Positions 35,259 through 47,289 of a stretch of 64,000 bases of DNA are shown here, one piece after another. Source of the stretch: Paramoeba atlantica (lineage: Eukaryota; Protista; Discosea); NCBI GenBank assembly GCA_977017575.1, contig CDRNVI010000056.1, positions 124,001 through 188,000 of the forward strand, written 5' to 3'. The notes below the pieces were generated by a model, which had not been told where the DNA came from, made no database searches, and saw nothing but the letters and a program-made list of their open reading frames with translations. Every line of letters starts with the position of its first letter. The stretch's first letter is position 1. The position numbers and the translations under genes were made by a program.

Positions 35259-35984
35259 ATGGATGACGGCTCCGATATAAGTCTCGATCGGGTGAAATCA
35301 ACGACTCGGGTTGCGTTACCTCAAGTTAATATGCTCGAAAAGCTAGTTTCCAACATTACTCAAAAGCATAAATCATGGCGTGCAACAAAAAAGAATATGT
35401 TTGGACAACTCAAACGAGCATCTGCGTGTAAATGGAAAGGAGTGAGTTGTGATGCGGATCAGCACGTGACCCGAATCGAATGGAATTCCATGAAACTGGG
35501 GGGCACACTCCCGTTGGAGAACCTACCGTTTAAGATACAATATTGTGACGTTCATGGCAACACACTCACGGGGTCGGTTGCGCTGGAGGCGCTGCCCGCC
35601 CAGCTTGTCGATTTGAATTTAGCCTACAACGCTTTCTTTGGTGAGTTAAACTTTACCCAGTTGCCTCGTACACTGCGGGTACTGGAGTTGAATAACAACC
35701 AATTCGAGGGAAGCGTAGATCTTACAAAGTTCCCTCGAGTATTCAGATCTTTGCATCTTAACCATAATGGGCTTTCAGGGGCAGTTGATCTTTCTCATTT
35801 CCCCGATAAAATGCAAGAAATTTATTTGAGTCACAATTGTTTCACGGGACCTCTTCTGCTTCAACATTTGCCTCCGTCACTTTCCTATTTTTGTTGCCAA
35901 TTTAATGCTTTCTCTGGTTTGGTTTCGTTCGACTGTCTCGCGTACTTCCCTGGCACTGCCATCTCATTGACAGCACACATTTGA
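35259..35984 (+). CDS. Truncated chimeric LRR (copy 2 of the triplicated gene)
   Basis: Protein identical to 32550-33275. Confidence 0.8.
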   Translation: MDDGSDISLDRVKSTTRVALPQVNMLEKLVSNITQKHKSWRATKKNMFGQLKRASACKWKGVSCDADQHVTRIEWNSMKLGGTLPLENLPFKIQYCDVHGNTLTGSVALEALPAQLVDLNLAYNAFFGELNFTQLPRTLRVLELNNNQFEGSVDLTKFPRVFRSLHLNHNGLSGAVDLSHFPDKMQEIYLSHNCFTGPLLLQHLPPSLSYFCCQFNAFSGLVSFDCLAYFPGTAISLTAHI

Positions 35985-37967
35985 ACGTCATTGGTTTAAA
36001 AAGCCAAAAGGTGGACAAAGAATATTTCGTACTCTCTGTAAATTGCGTAAGTGGCTAACTTACACTCTCATTGTGTAAGTGACTAACTTAGCCCGGAAGA
36101 TATTCGCATAATGCGAATAATACTCGCAAATTTCGTCAAATAAAACGGGGCGAATTCGCTCGTTCTCCAAAACGTTCAGCAAATTCTTCATCTTTGCCTC
36201 CTGCGTGGCGATGCAGGAACTGCAACTCCCTTGAAGGAAGTATAGTATGCTACCCTATATTATTTAGGGCCCGAAGTTATTATTGTCAATTTGGGACCCT
36301 ACATTGAATATGACTCATATGTGCACTGCCAGATGGAGCAAAGGTCGGATCAACCGCTTTATACCCAGATTGGGTAGCCGGGTGTTCGAGGGTAATTCCT
36401 CTTGAAGTTTTTACGTAGTGCACCGCATCTGGGCGGGCGCCTACCGCCTCCCGCACAGTGGGCTTGACGTGTTGCTTTAACCAGGTTCAACGCTGAAACC
36501 GCTCTGTGCTAGACACTGGTGAAGAAGAGGAGCACATCGCGGATTTTCGCGAGTCCCGCTGGTGCCACGAAAAGCCCCTGTCATCTCTTTTGGGGCTCGG
36601 TCACTCTTTTGTTCTTCTGCTCCCGGGTTCGTGGACACCAGGACTTCTGGATTCGCGATTAATGTCGTTTCCTGGGTGCACAGTTTCCTGGATGCACAGA
36701 GAACCGGCTGGGAAACGATGTGGCTCGATGGTTCACCGCTTTTAGCTCCGCGCATTAACTCCGCGAGCTGTGTCTCAATTTCTGGCTGTCGGGGCATTGG
36801 CTGTCGGGGCCAATGGGCATCCCTGCCTTGTAAAAGAGAATGGCACCAGTGAGGACTTGAACGAGCTCACTACGGATGGTAAGCCCCATTCGCTTCATGG
36901 AGTATGGCTGAAGAAAATTTGAACGAGCGTCAGCATCTGCGTTGTTCCCAGGGACAAGCTCGGGAGTCATGACGAGTGATACACACCCCCTGTATGGAGA
37001 TCTACAAAGTGTAGTATCAACGTCCCCTGTCTCCTCATACGTCGCTTCATCCAACGCTTTGTAGTGTCCTTATGACAACCCGCATCGCCCATCCTGATGG
37101 TCGGACTTTATGGTGACTGTTTCACCATTACGAACTCCATAATCCCTAAATTTTAAATGCAAACCTTTACAACCCCCACAGGCAAGCTTTATGCAGCTTG
37201 CATCATGCCTAAAAAGGATAGAAAGCACTAGATCGTTGTGCTTTCATCTCAGCTGGCCGATTTGCTTGTAACGATTCGGCCTCTTCCACAAGCTACGCAT
37301 CAAAGCACTTTTGCAGTTCAGGAAAGGATAAAGAAGAAGCAATGCCTTGATTTGGATATCATAGGAGAGTATGCAGTAGGTCTGTGTAAGTTCGTGTTGA
37401 TCCGTCACGAGCTGTGTAGGTTCGTGGTAATCCGTGTAGATTTGCATAGGTTCGCGTAGTTTTTTTTTGACATTTTTTTAGAAGGTTCAATGACTCGGCC
37501 TCTAGGATGATTGCATGTAGGCAAAGTTGACCGAATTAGTTAAATCACGTCACTTAAATGAAAAGTTGAATAACAGTTGAAAGAATAACAACTGAAGGAA
37601 TAAACCCGCTTCGGCACATGGTTTTACAATGGAGTTGAAAGGCTTTTTTCTGGTCTTTCCAACTTTCTTAACTTATTCAAAATAAATTGACGTAGTTCTC
37701 TAGGGAATCGTTTCATTATTTTAGAACGGGGTGCATGTCTTCTTTTTCATGTCTTGTACATTGAATACTGTTGTATACATTCTTTGTTTCCAAAAACTCC
37801 TTTTTGGGAATCGTAAACAAACGACTAAAATTTATATCCTTGTAAACACTGAACTAACAACTTTTTTCCCTATTTTTTTAAACAGCTCATGTTTTCAGCT
37901 CATGTTTAACGACTCGTTGAATCTTTCACAGCACAACCTTTGTACAATAGATTAAGCGACACGAAAG

Positions 37968-38780
37968 ATGGATGACGGCTCCGATATAAGTCTCGATCGG
38001 GTGAAATCAACGACTCGGGTTGCGTTACCTCAAGTTAATATGCTCGAAAAGCTAGTTTCCAACATTACTCAAAAGCATAAATCATGGCGTGCAACAAAAA
38101 AGAATATGTTTGGACAACTCAAACGAGCATCTGCGTGTAAATGGAAAGGAGTGAGTTGTGATGCGGATCAGCACGTGACCCGAATCGAATGGAATTCCAT
38201 GAAACTGGGGGGCACACTCCCGTTGGAGAACCTACCGTTTAAGATACAATATTGTGACGTTCATGGCAACACACTCACGGGGTCGGTTGCGCTGGAGGCG
38301 CTGCCCGCCCAGCTTGTCGATTTGAATTTAGCCTACAACGCTTTCTTTGGTGAGTTAAACTTTACCCAGTTGCCTCGTACACTGCGGGTACTGGAGTTGA
38401 ATAACAACCAATTCGAGGGAAGCGTAGATCTTACAAAGTTCCCTCGAGTATTCAGATCTTTGCATCTTAACCATAATAGGCTTTCAGGGGCAGTTGATCT
38501 TTCTCATTTCCCCGATAAAATGCAAGAAATTTATTTGAGTCACAATTGTTTCACGGGACCTCTTCTGCTTCAACATTTGCCTCCGTCACTTTCCTATTTT
38601 TGTTGCCAATTTAATGCTTTCTCTGGTTTGGTTTCGTTCGACTGTCTGCCGAAAAAATTACTATTTATTTCTGTACATAACAACAACGCTCTCTCTGGTG
38701 AGGTTGACAAATCAGCGCTTCCTCAGAATTTACGGTCTGTAGATTTTAGGAACACAGAAATTCGTTTTAAAAATGTTTAG
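37968..38780 (+). CDS. Full-length LRR-only protein (parent of the triplicated gene), DDGSD subfamily
   Basis: 270 aa with the normal C-terminal LRR cap (..VDFRNTEIRF); NHNR where the truncated copies have NHNG. Confidence 0.92.
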   Translation: MDDGSDISLDRVKSTTRVALPQVNMLEKLVSNITQKHKSWRATKKNMFGQLKRASACKWKGVSCDADQHVTRIEWNSMKLGGTLPLENLPFKIQYCDVHGNTLTGSVALEALPAQLVDLNLAYNAFFGELNFTQLPRTLRVLELNNNQFEGSVDLTKFPRVFRSLHLNHNRLSGAVDLSHFPDKMQEIYLSHNCFTGPLLLQHLPPSLSYFCCQFNAFSGLVSFDCLPKKLLFISVHNNNALSGEVDKSALPQNLRSVDFRNTEIRFKNV

Positions 38781-39103
38781 CGTTACCGAGGAGGCGCGGA
38801 TCCTAATGACACGATAAAAAGCGGTGTGTCGACTTTCTCCATTCGATGTTCAGTTTTCATGAAAACTGAAGTTCAGAACTCGGGCTTATTCAAAGCGTTC
38901 GAAAGGGCGAAGAATACATTTTTGAATAGTTCCTGCGAAAGTGAGTAATAAATTCAAACGCGCGATGATCAACGCTATTTGATCAACAGCATCTATGAAA
39001 CATTACTGGGCTAGTAAAAAAGATTCCTACCTTTAGTGTGTGTTGCCCACCAGACTTTGAATGGAATCGAGATGCATACCTACATTGATAAATAAATTAC
39101 ATT

Positions 39104-40012
39104 GGTTTACTTACTACCTCTCAATCCTCGATTATTGAAAAACAAGTGCATGCAAATACTTGGAGAAATGGGAGGAATTGAATCATGTTTGCACACCTTT
39201 TTAAGTGCGTTTTTTAAAGACGTTTGTATAAGTCCAATATTAAGCATATTAAGCAAACCTTTGAAGAGCGTGCAAATTTGGTTCAATTTGACCGAAAACT
39301 CGAGCAATCCTACGATACATAAGTACAGGCCGAAAACATGCATGTATATACACGAAAACATACACGTATATACAAGAAAACATACATGTATGTATACATG
39401 TATGGGATATACACGTACATGTATATGGGATTTAAAATTGATTCCGAAAAGTAGTTTCCATGTCATGCTCTATCGGGGGGGTCCATGGGGGGGCATACCG
39501 CACGAATTTTCTTTTAAAAGACTAATTCGAAAAAGCCGCGCAGAAGGCGTAGCCGGGGGTCTTGGCGCGCATTTTCCACATCCTACCCGGGAGTAGATAC
39601 CCCATGATGGGTATCCGCAGGACGGGTGCGCCAAGTTCGGATTTTTCACAATTTTTTGAAACTTTTTACCAGTTTTTCCGCCGAGTTGAAATGTTTTTCG
39701 AAAAACAAAATCGTGAAAAATCCGAACATGGCGGACCCGTCCTGTGGATGCCAAGGGGCGTCATCCCCGGGTAGGGGGTGGAAAATGCGCGCCAAGACCC
39801 CGGCTACCCCTTCTGCGTCTTTTTATAAAAATATATTTTAAAAGAAATTGTATACCCCTACCCCTCCAATGGACCCCCCATTTTTTGATTTTGTTTTCAA
39901 TTTTGGACCACCGGAACACCTTTATTAAATTTATGACTGTGTTCCTCTTATATTTTCGCTGTTTTTGTTCACTGTTGTTTATTAATCAAGGTAGAGCGGT
40001 AGTTATGCAACC
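39104..40012. mobile_element. Fold-back element (repeat family A), about 0.9 kb, with long inverted arms
   Basis: Arms of about 165 bp (39476-39640 vs 39715-39880) are inverted copies. Outer ends actacc.ctc.a.cctcgattattgaaaaa and its reverse complement are present. Confidence 0.75.
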
Positions 40013-40323
40013 TTTGCAATTTGTAAAACTTAATGAGGGAGTAATAATAAACTGTCCCCTCTGGACGGCTGTCACGGCGCGGCGGATGGCCTGCGTCCGT
40101 TGAAGGTGTCAAAAGCTTGCGGAGAACTAGTTCGTCGGCGTCTGTACCATCAGTCAGATGGCAGTTCCCGGGAAAACCACGAGGAGATCCCGACCTTGTT
40201 TCCCCATGTCCAAATGCATATGACAGACGTAGTCCTTCCGTGAGTTCTACCCGAGTCTATAGCCACGCTAACAAAACTGCCACGCATGTGTTTCGCAACC
40301 ACTCCTCACAATTTGGATCGTTA

Positions 40324-40636
40324 CCGTATACCCCCCCAGTAAGGTACCCCCCCCTAGTAAGAGAGATTCGGCCCTTTTTGGGCTGACCCCCAGTAAGAAA
40401 GATTTGGCTCGGGAGCCCCACAGGGGGCGTATAGGTGATAGGGGGTGGGTGTCCGCATGTTGGGGGCCTCGGGAGTAACCCAAATAGCGTTTTAACACGT
40501 TTTCAGAAGACCAAATAGAAACAATAGTCAAAAAAGTTGAGAGAAAAGGCAAAACTGGCCAAAAAAGCATACCCCCCAGTAAGAGAGATTAGGCCATTTC
40601 GATTCAAAACCCATTCTCTTACCGGGGGGTATACGG
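40324..40636. mobile_element. MITE family C, 313 bp, TA TSD
   Basis: TA|CCGTATACCCCCCCAGTAAG ... CTTACCGGGGGGTATACGG|TA; internal TTTTGGGCTGACCCCCAGTAA. Confidence 0.88.
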
Positions 40637-40969
40637 TAATTCTTTTCAAGTGCATGAGGGCCTAGGAGTAGGAGACTCGAATCTCCTTTTCCCAAAAAGA
40701 AATTTTGTGTTTTCTTCCTTTTTTCATGCACACTGTGAATAGCGTCACTATGTAAACACGGAATTATCTAAATGCCGTGCATTTCCGTTCTTTATCATTC
40801 GATTATGGTTAGCAAACCATATCCAAAGAATTAATTATTCATAGGTTTTTTCATAAACACTCAGAAAAGGAATTACTCAGATTTCGCGCATTTCCGTTCA
40901 TTGTTTTAATTCTGAACTACGCTTCTATACATCTGTATCAATAATCATCTGTATCAATAAAAATCTCGT

Positions 40970-41777
40970 ATGGCCCCCGTAAACTCCTTAAGCGTCTTTT
41001 TTGGGTCGTGTGCCGACGATATCAATCTCAATTCGCATGCGAAACGTCCAGGTAAGGTGCGAGGCGCCAAGCTGCCACAGGAATATGAACTCGCACAATT
41101 TCCAAGATACTATGAATCCTGTCGCTTCATGGGATACGTCCATCCCTGCATGCAATTGGAATCATGTGTTTTGTAATGCTGAATTACAAGTGACAAAGAT
41201 TAGTTGGGGTTATCTGTCTCTTTCAGGATCATTGAAATGGCAATATTTATGCCACACAGTACGCGAGGTTACGTTATGGCGAAACAGACTTACCGGAACT
41301 GTTCCACTTGATGTATTACCTTTGCTAGAAAACAACAAATTTTCAGGAGAACTCGATCTGTCTCATTCGCCTTGCGGAATGGAAGCACTATTATTGACCG
41401 AGAACAAGTTTCGTGGGTATTTGGATCTCACCCATTTGCCTTCGACTATGACACGGTTGCAAATTGCCCATAATCAGCTTTGTGGGGAGGTTGGCTTTAC
41501 GCACTTGCCGGACGAAATGGAACACCTGAACTTATCGCAGAACCTTTTCACTGGGCCCCTTGATTTACAACGTTTGCCCCCAGCCATTCGTTTTTTCAGG
41601 TGCCACAACAATCGATTCAGTGGTCTTGTGAAATTTGATCGTCTTCCGGAACACTTAGTTGAACTTGATTTGGTAAACAATGCGAAACTTTATGGGGATG
41701 TGGACAAGGCACTACTCCCTAAAAATTTGAAGCACGTTCTCGTGAGCGGTACTAACATTTCTTCGAACATAAAATAA
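40970..41777 (+). pseudogene. Frameshifted LRR paralog 17 (or a sequencing indel)
   Basis: RPGKVRGAKLPQEYELAQF is in one frame; the cap CNWNHVFC and the LRRs are in another (shift near 41100). There is also a short in-frame deletion after LDVLP. Confidence 0.85.
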
Positions 41778-41978
41778 TGTAATAATAATAATAATCCGAA
41801 CTTCCCAGACCGTATAAAAACGTTCTTTGTATACAGTGTAGTGTATAGACCTATTCGAGGGTTTAATTCGTTCAAGTGGATTATAAGTACTGTGACCCCC
41901 TTTAATAGATACTAATAGACAAAAAATTGGGGGAAGCACAAAGGAAAACAAAATACTTCGAATTCACAGAACATTCAA

Positions 41979-42080
41979 TTAGTCGCTTCTTTAAGCGACT
42001 CTTCGCTTGCAATATAGAAGTCACTCATGCTGCGCGCTTCGCGTTGAAAACTACCTCCGCGTTTAACGAAGCGACTAAAA
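41979..42080 (-). repeat. Hairpin repeat family B, copy 2
   Basis: Reverse complement of the B core; outer stem TTAGTCGCTTC/GAAGCGACTAA. Confidence 0.8.
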
Positions 42081-42188
42081 GGAAAACTTTGGCCTGCGAA
42101 GCCGAAGAAAACGGGGCCAAAAAAAATATTTTTGGGTAATCAACCCTTTACATTAAGAGGGGCGAACCGGGCTTAAGCAGCGAGATAG

Positions 42189-42590
42189 CTAGGCATTGCT
42201 CGTAAGAAGCAAGTATCGTCCTAATAAACACGTAGCCTTTTTTGTATTGTCGTAATAAGCTTCGCAGGCACGCTTGATTTTACGTTCTGAAATTGGACAC
42301 TTACGATTCAATTCGTTTACAGTAGATGAAAAATTCGTCAAAAATTTGGTAAAATCGCACCAATGATAAAAAACATGCCCGTTACCTGCAATGGCCCCCC
42401 AAATTATTATTTTTGTCGGATAATGCGTTCCCTGATTTATAAATAATATCAATTTCGCTTCGCGCCTCTTGAAAAATCCCCTGCCTCCATCCAAGATTCA
42501 TCGGAAAACACCAGTCGACTGAAAAATTATTTTCCAGGCTCAGAACCGGAATCAAGGTAGAGCTCATAAATTTTCTTGTTTGGTACATTT
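42189..42590 (-). pseudogene. Tc1/mariner DDE transposase fragments
   Basis: FSRLVFSDESWM (manual frame) followed by HYPTKIIIWGAIAGNG. Confidence 0.7.
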
Positions 42591-42657
42591 CTTTAAGGGA
42601 AGTACGAGGTTAAAAGTTTTTGGGGGAAAAAAGTCCCTTTTGACCTCGAACTGTGAA

Positions 42658-42779
42658 TTAGGCTCTTCGTTAAACACGGTGGTTGTTTTCAACTTAGAAG
42701 TCACTCATGATGCGTGCTTCGTGTTCAAAACTACCACCGCATTTAACGAAGAGCCTAAAAAAGAAAAATCGCCAAAAGA
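42658..42779 (-). repeat. Hairpin repeat family B, copy 3
   Basis: TTAGGCTCTTCGTTAAA ... TTTAACGAAGAGCCTAA around the reversed core. Confidence 0.8.
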
Positions 42780-43085
42780 GCCACTTCGTTGACAGTCGGA
42801 TTTACTGTCAACGAAGTGGGGGCCAATTGGTTGACCCGTCAACGAAGTAGAGACATAGCCGTCGTAATGCATATTGCACTTCCGGATCCCAGGAGTTCTT
42901 CTAGAACTCTCGTTTTCACCAAGTCTTTTCTTCCACGTAAATTCAATCAGGACAGGGATTCAATCGGCCGGGATCGGTCGGAATCGTAAATCCCTAGTTT
43001 CAACCCTCTTATCCTCAGCGGCATATACAAAACTACGGTAAGCTTCTAGTGCCGCATGGCGCTTGTTTCTGTTCTCTTTATAATA

Positions 43086-44373
43086 GAGGGGTTGCGGGTC
43101 GCAGGTTGAAAAAAAATCCTCTGAAAGCATACGAAATTAGTCGGAGCTGCAGACATTGAAGGAGAAAAATAGTTAGATCGAAGGAGAAATCATAATGTGC
43201 GACATACATAGTGTACATAATATACGATATTAACAAAAATTTATAAGCCATGTATACGATATGACTACGTAGTTTACATTTCGCAATTCATCGAAAACGA
43301 CTAGATACTTAATTCTATTTAGTTTTTGATCCATGCTGTGGTTTCTTGGGAACATATCCCACATCGTATATGTGTTGAGCCAATCCCTCCGTTGATCAAT
43401 CGGTTTGACTAAACCACACCCTTTGCTACACCAACAAAAAGATGAGTCATCGATATTTTGTAAGTGTACATTTATTTCACTATCAAAGTCGTATTGGGGT
43501 TCTGATGCAAGCAAACCATAAACTGCAACAGATACAATCTGAACGGCATCCTTTACCCACGTAATATCGTGGTCCGTTCCATGAAAAAAACGAAATTTAT
43601 CGAAATGAGCGAAACAACGCTCGATTCTTGAACGAATCCAAGAATGCATGCGGTTGAACCGATCCTGGTGTTCATCAAGGCAACCTTTGCATGGTGCCTT
43701 GAATGGAACAATAAAAAAAGAATGATATAAAGGTTTATAAAGGTTGCCCCTCGTGGCAGACAATCCAAGAGAAGGTGTCCTCGGCGCTCCACAAGGTGGA
43801 AGATGACACGCTGCAGCACTTGGGAGCTAACCTCCACGCCACACACAGAGCGTGTGGCATGTAAGTAGCTGTCCATCGTGCGCGATACGCGCCTCATGCA
43901 TTCTTCCACCTTGGCTCCCAACTCCTCCTCAGTGACAACGAGCGCTGGGGGGGCGAAAGGAGTTTTGCGCTTCGTGAAGGTGCGCATAAGCGATGCGACA
44001 ATGACGTCGTATACGTCATCATCCCTCGCAGATGTTACCTTCATACGTGAAGTGAAATCTTCGTTGCTCTCAACAGGGCTCATCATATAAAAAGGAGGAT
44101 AATGTAAAAGAATTATGCATGTATTGTGGAGGGTATATTAATTATGCATTTGATTTGTGTAATACATACACCGTTCGTATACAGCACCGTATACAGCGTA
44201 CACCGTATTTTCACAGTAAGGCGGCTATGTACGGTAGCAAACTAAACAAACTACACTTTAAGCTACTTTGTACGTGTACAATCCATTTTTTTAGGCTAAA
44301 ATAGACCTCGTTCGACCTCAAATGTAAAGCGCGGGTTCGGTGCGGGTTCGGTGATGCACACCCGCAGCCCCTC
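43086..44373 (-). mobile_element. PIF/Harbinger-like element carrying a C-terminal transposase fragment (43230-43720)
   Basis: Ends GAGGGGTTGCGGGT / ACCCGCAGCCCCTC. The ORF contains FIVPFK..CLDEHQDRFNRMHSWIRSRIERCFAHF, which matches the DDE_Tnp_4-like P.K..fN..h...R..iE..F motif. The TSD is not clean. Confidence 0.7.
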
Positions 44374-44527
44374 AATACTTCATCGCCTTTAAAAATTCTA
44401 CAAAGGACACCTCATTGCGTACAGAAAGTAAAATTTCGCTTCGTAACCATGCTCAGAGTTTCTCATGCGTTCGGTGTCGCTCGGTCTTCCCAAGATTGCC
44501 TCGAAAGTGAGAACGGAGAGAATCTTT

Positions 44528-45340
44528 CTACATACCATTATCCCGTTCAACACGATTGGTATATACACCTTGCGGAGATACGAACCCTGTCTTATGGTCC
44601 ACTGTTAATTGCTTGCGGCTACGTATCTCCACTCCCCGATAGGGTCGAATACAGGCGACAGTGACAGTACTCCGGGAGGTTGCCCTGAGATCAATGGTGA
44701 GTATGGTACTTGCAGCCTTGCGATTAGGCAGTTCCGTAATAGTAAAGTCAGTTGTCTCATTCTTGCTTTCAATTTTTTCGATGCGACAAACATTTCTCCA
44801 CGGCTCTGCGCCACTCGCCACCCCGGGGAGAAAATCGGCGGACGCAGTTGGGAGCAGTCGGCGGACGCAGGTGGGAGCTCGCGCACGTCCCGGGGCGCGG
44901 CAGTTAACATACAATGGGAATTGAGTCTGTCGACGATTTTGACGCGCGACGTTAGCCGTCTCCATCATTATCTTGCCGTACGTATCCTCAGGAGTATTCA
45001 CCTGATGCAGACGTTCTTGTACCCGTTCCACCGGCGCCTCAGCTGCTGTCCAATAGTTGATGACGAGATGTTGATGTTTTGTGGTATCGAATCCTCCTTC
45101 TTTTACCAAACCACAAAAGCTCACGCATACTCACGACATCCCGGATTCCTTCCCAAAGTTCGCAAGTCAGTTGTGCTTCTTTGACATGGAAAGTTTTGGG
45201 GCGCGGTAGGCCGGTAATTGTGGACATTGGTGTGTCGCTTGGTCGCATTTCTTCGTATAGTGTAAGTGCGGATGAAGGACAACAAACCCTCAGTGGACGT
45301 ATGTAATTTTCTCGTTGAAACAATGCGCTTTGGATACAAC
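44528..45340 (-). pseudogene. Decayed Merlin-like transposase
   Basis: WRNVCRIEKIESK..TDFTITELPNRKAAS is clearly homologous to WSENVCRIEEIDGK..TDFCISPLPNRKATS in 57460-57906. Confidence 0.65.
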
Positions 45341-46103
45341 CTATTTTTTCATGGTATGCCCGTTAACTGGATCATCCAGTGTCGTACATCTATTTATAAA
45401 TATATACACAAACGTATGTACGCTCTGAAAAATGGTGAAACACATGTTGCGCACTGCGTGACGCTTCTGATTTGCAGGGTCTTTGAGATACATTGTATGT
45501 GCCGGTATCTCATCTACGCTCTAATTCTTTTTTACATGATTTTGATTTGAGCTTTTTCCCCTTGATGGGGAAAAGGAGGATCAAATGATGTAGAAGCCTG
45601 CACGGAGGAATTCCCAGAACTACAGCTTTCCTTGTTGACCTCAATAGGGATACATTTTACGGTGAGGGAAAAGGGATCGAGGCCCGTATACTCCGACTCC
45701 AGCTCCTTTTTGGCATTTATGAGTTCAGTTTCTGTGGTTTTCACTTTCTCTTTACTTTTTAGACATATTGTTGATTGCCACACAAAACATGTATCATCCA
45801 AAATATGTACAGTCCAGGACACAACGTTTGCCCCCTAGGCCACAGAGTACACCATAAGAGCTTTTGACCTAATTCCTTCAGCATTCGACAGATCTCAAAA
45901 AAGTGGAACGTTTCACGTATTTTTTCATCCCCAGAGGCCCCTAGACCCCCTCCGTGCACCCCCAAAGTTAGGTTTTTCCCCTTAAAAAACAGATCTTTTA
46001 GACAAAAATAATGAAGAAACTCATTCAAACCAGATTTTTTAGAAAACTGTTTTAGAAATTCATTCAAAAACAGATCTTTTAGGCAAAAATAAATGAAGAA
46101 ATA

Positions 46104-46954
46104 CTGTCCCCCCCACTTATGCGCAACCGTTTGACACGGCTACTTAAGCGCAATATTGAGGCATGACGAACACGGCGCCGCGAAGGGGCGCGATTTTTTT
46201 TAAGATGATTTTTTTATAGTTTATATCGCTTTATATTTTTTTTATGGCATGTACGATTTTTTGTTCATCGACTCATTACACTCTGGCTAGCTTTTTTTTA
46301 TTTCTTTGGTTTTTTCCCATTATGGTTCTCTCTCCACCTTCAGCTCAATCCTCAGCAGAGAATGTCACCCCCCCTATTCAACCCCCTTCATTGCTCTCCC
46401 CACCTTCAGCTCAATCCTCAGCACAAACTAGAAAATTGACTGACTGGGTACAGATACAGGAGCCCCATCCCCGTATCGCTGTGTACTACTACAGCCTTCT
46501 ACTGCATCATACATAAATATACATGGATATACATGTATAAATTTATTACTGCGGCTACAAAAGTTGTTAAAAAATAATTTACAAGCAGTCTCCTTTTTAA
46601 AGCAACTTCACTTTTAGTCATTTTCTGTTTCTTTTAACGAATCGTAGCTACAATATGCAAATACACAGAATCGTCAAACATGTTGTATCCCATCCCATCC
46701 CCCCCCCGCACTTACCGAGGACACGAAGGTGAGGAACAGCTTGAAGCCGGGACCGATTAGAAGATGACTCACGAAACATAAGTAGACAACACAAATACTA
46801 AGAAGCACAGATGATATCCGCGCCGCGAAGCGGCGCGACTTCTTTTATGTTTTTTTGTCCGAAATATCTTTTCCCCTTGAGGTATTTCTGACCCGGCTAC
46901 TTAAACGCAATTTTCGGCCAAAAACCCGGTTGCGCTTAAGTGGGGGGGGGGCAG
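46104..46954. mobile_element. MITE, 851 bp, TA TSD
   Basis: TA|CTGTCCCCCCCACTTATGCGCAACCG ... CGGTTGCGCTTAAGTGGGGGGGGGGCAG|TA; two GAA-loop GC hairpins; an internal 29-bp duplication. Confidence 0.85.
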
Positions 46955-47289
46955 TACTTATTTGAAGTACTTATCTGTAAGAATAAATCAGTATCCTGTA
47001 TGGTCCCTCTTTACACGCTGCACAATTTGCATGCATTTGAAGTTATGCTAGAAATTAGAAATCAATAAATTTTTGGGTACGAAGTAGTTAACATTGGTAA
47101 ACAAATACAGTTCTGTATATTCACAGACTTTTATTTAGGGGGTAATCCTATTATTCGCAGAAAGAGTAAGAAATGCATGGGGATTTCATTTCGCTGTATA
47201 TCAAGATTTTTTTCTTCCCTTAGCGTAGGCACCATTATTCTTTGCGCAAGGATCATTAGCAGAAACGTATTATTTATATCGCGTTCTAA

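Larger units (their letters stand above)
30520..38647. repeat. Three near-identical tandem copies of a 2.71-kb unit (30520-33229, 33230-35938, 35939-38647)
   Basis: Identical ORF sets at offsets 2710 and 2709. Junctions read gactgtCT|cgcgtac with a CT microhomology. Differences seen: one poly-T length and one G/A SNP in the LRR gene. Confidence 0.95.
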
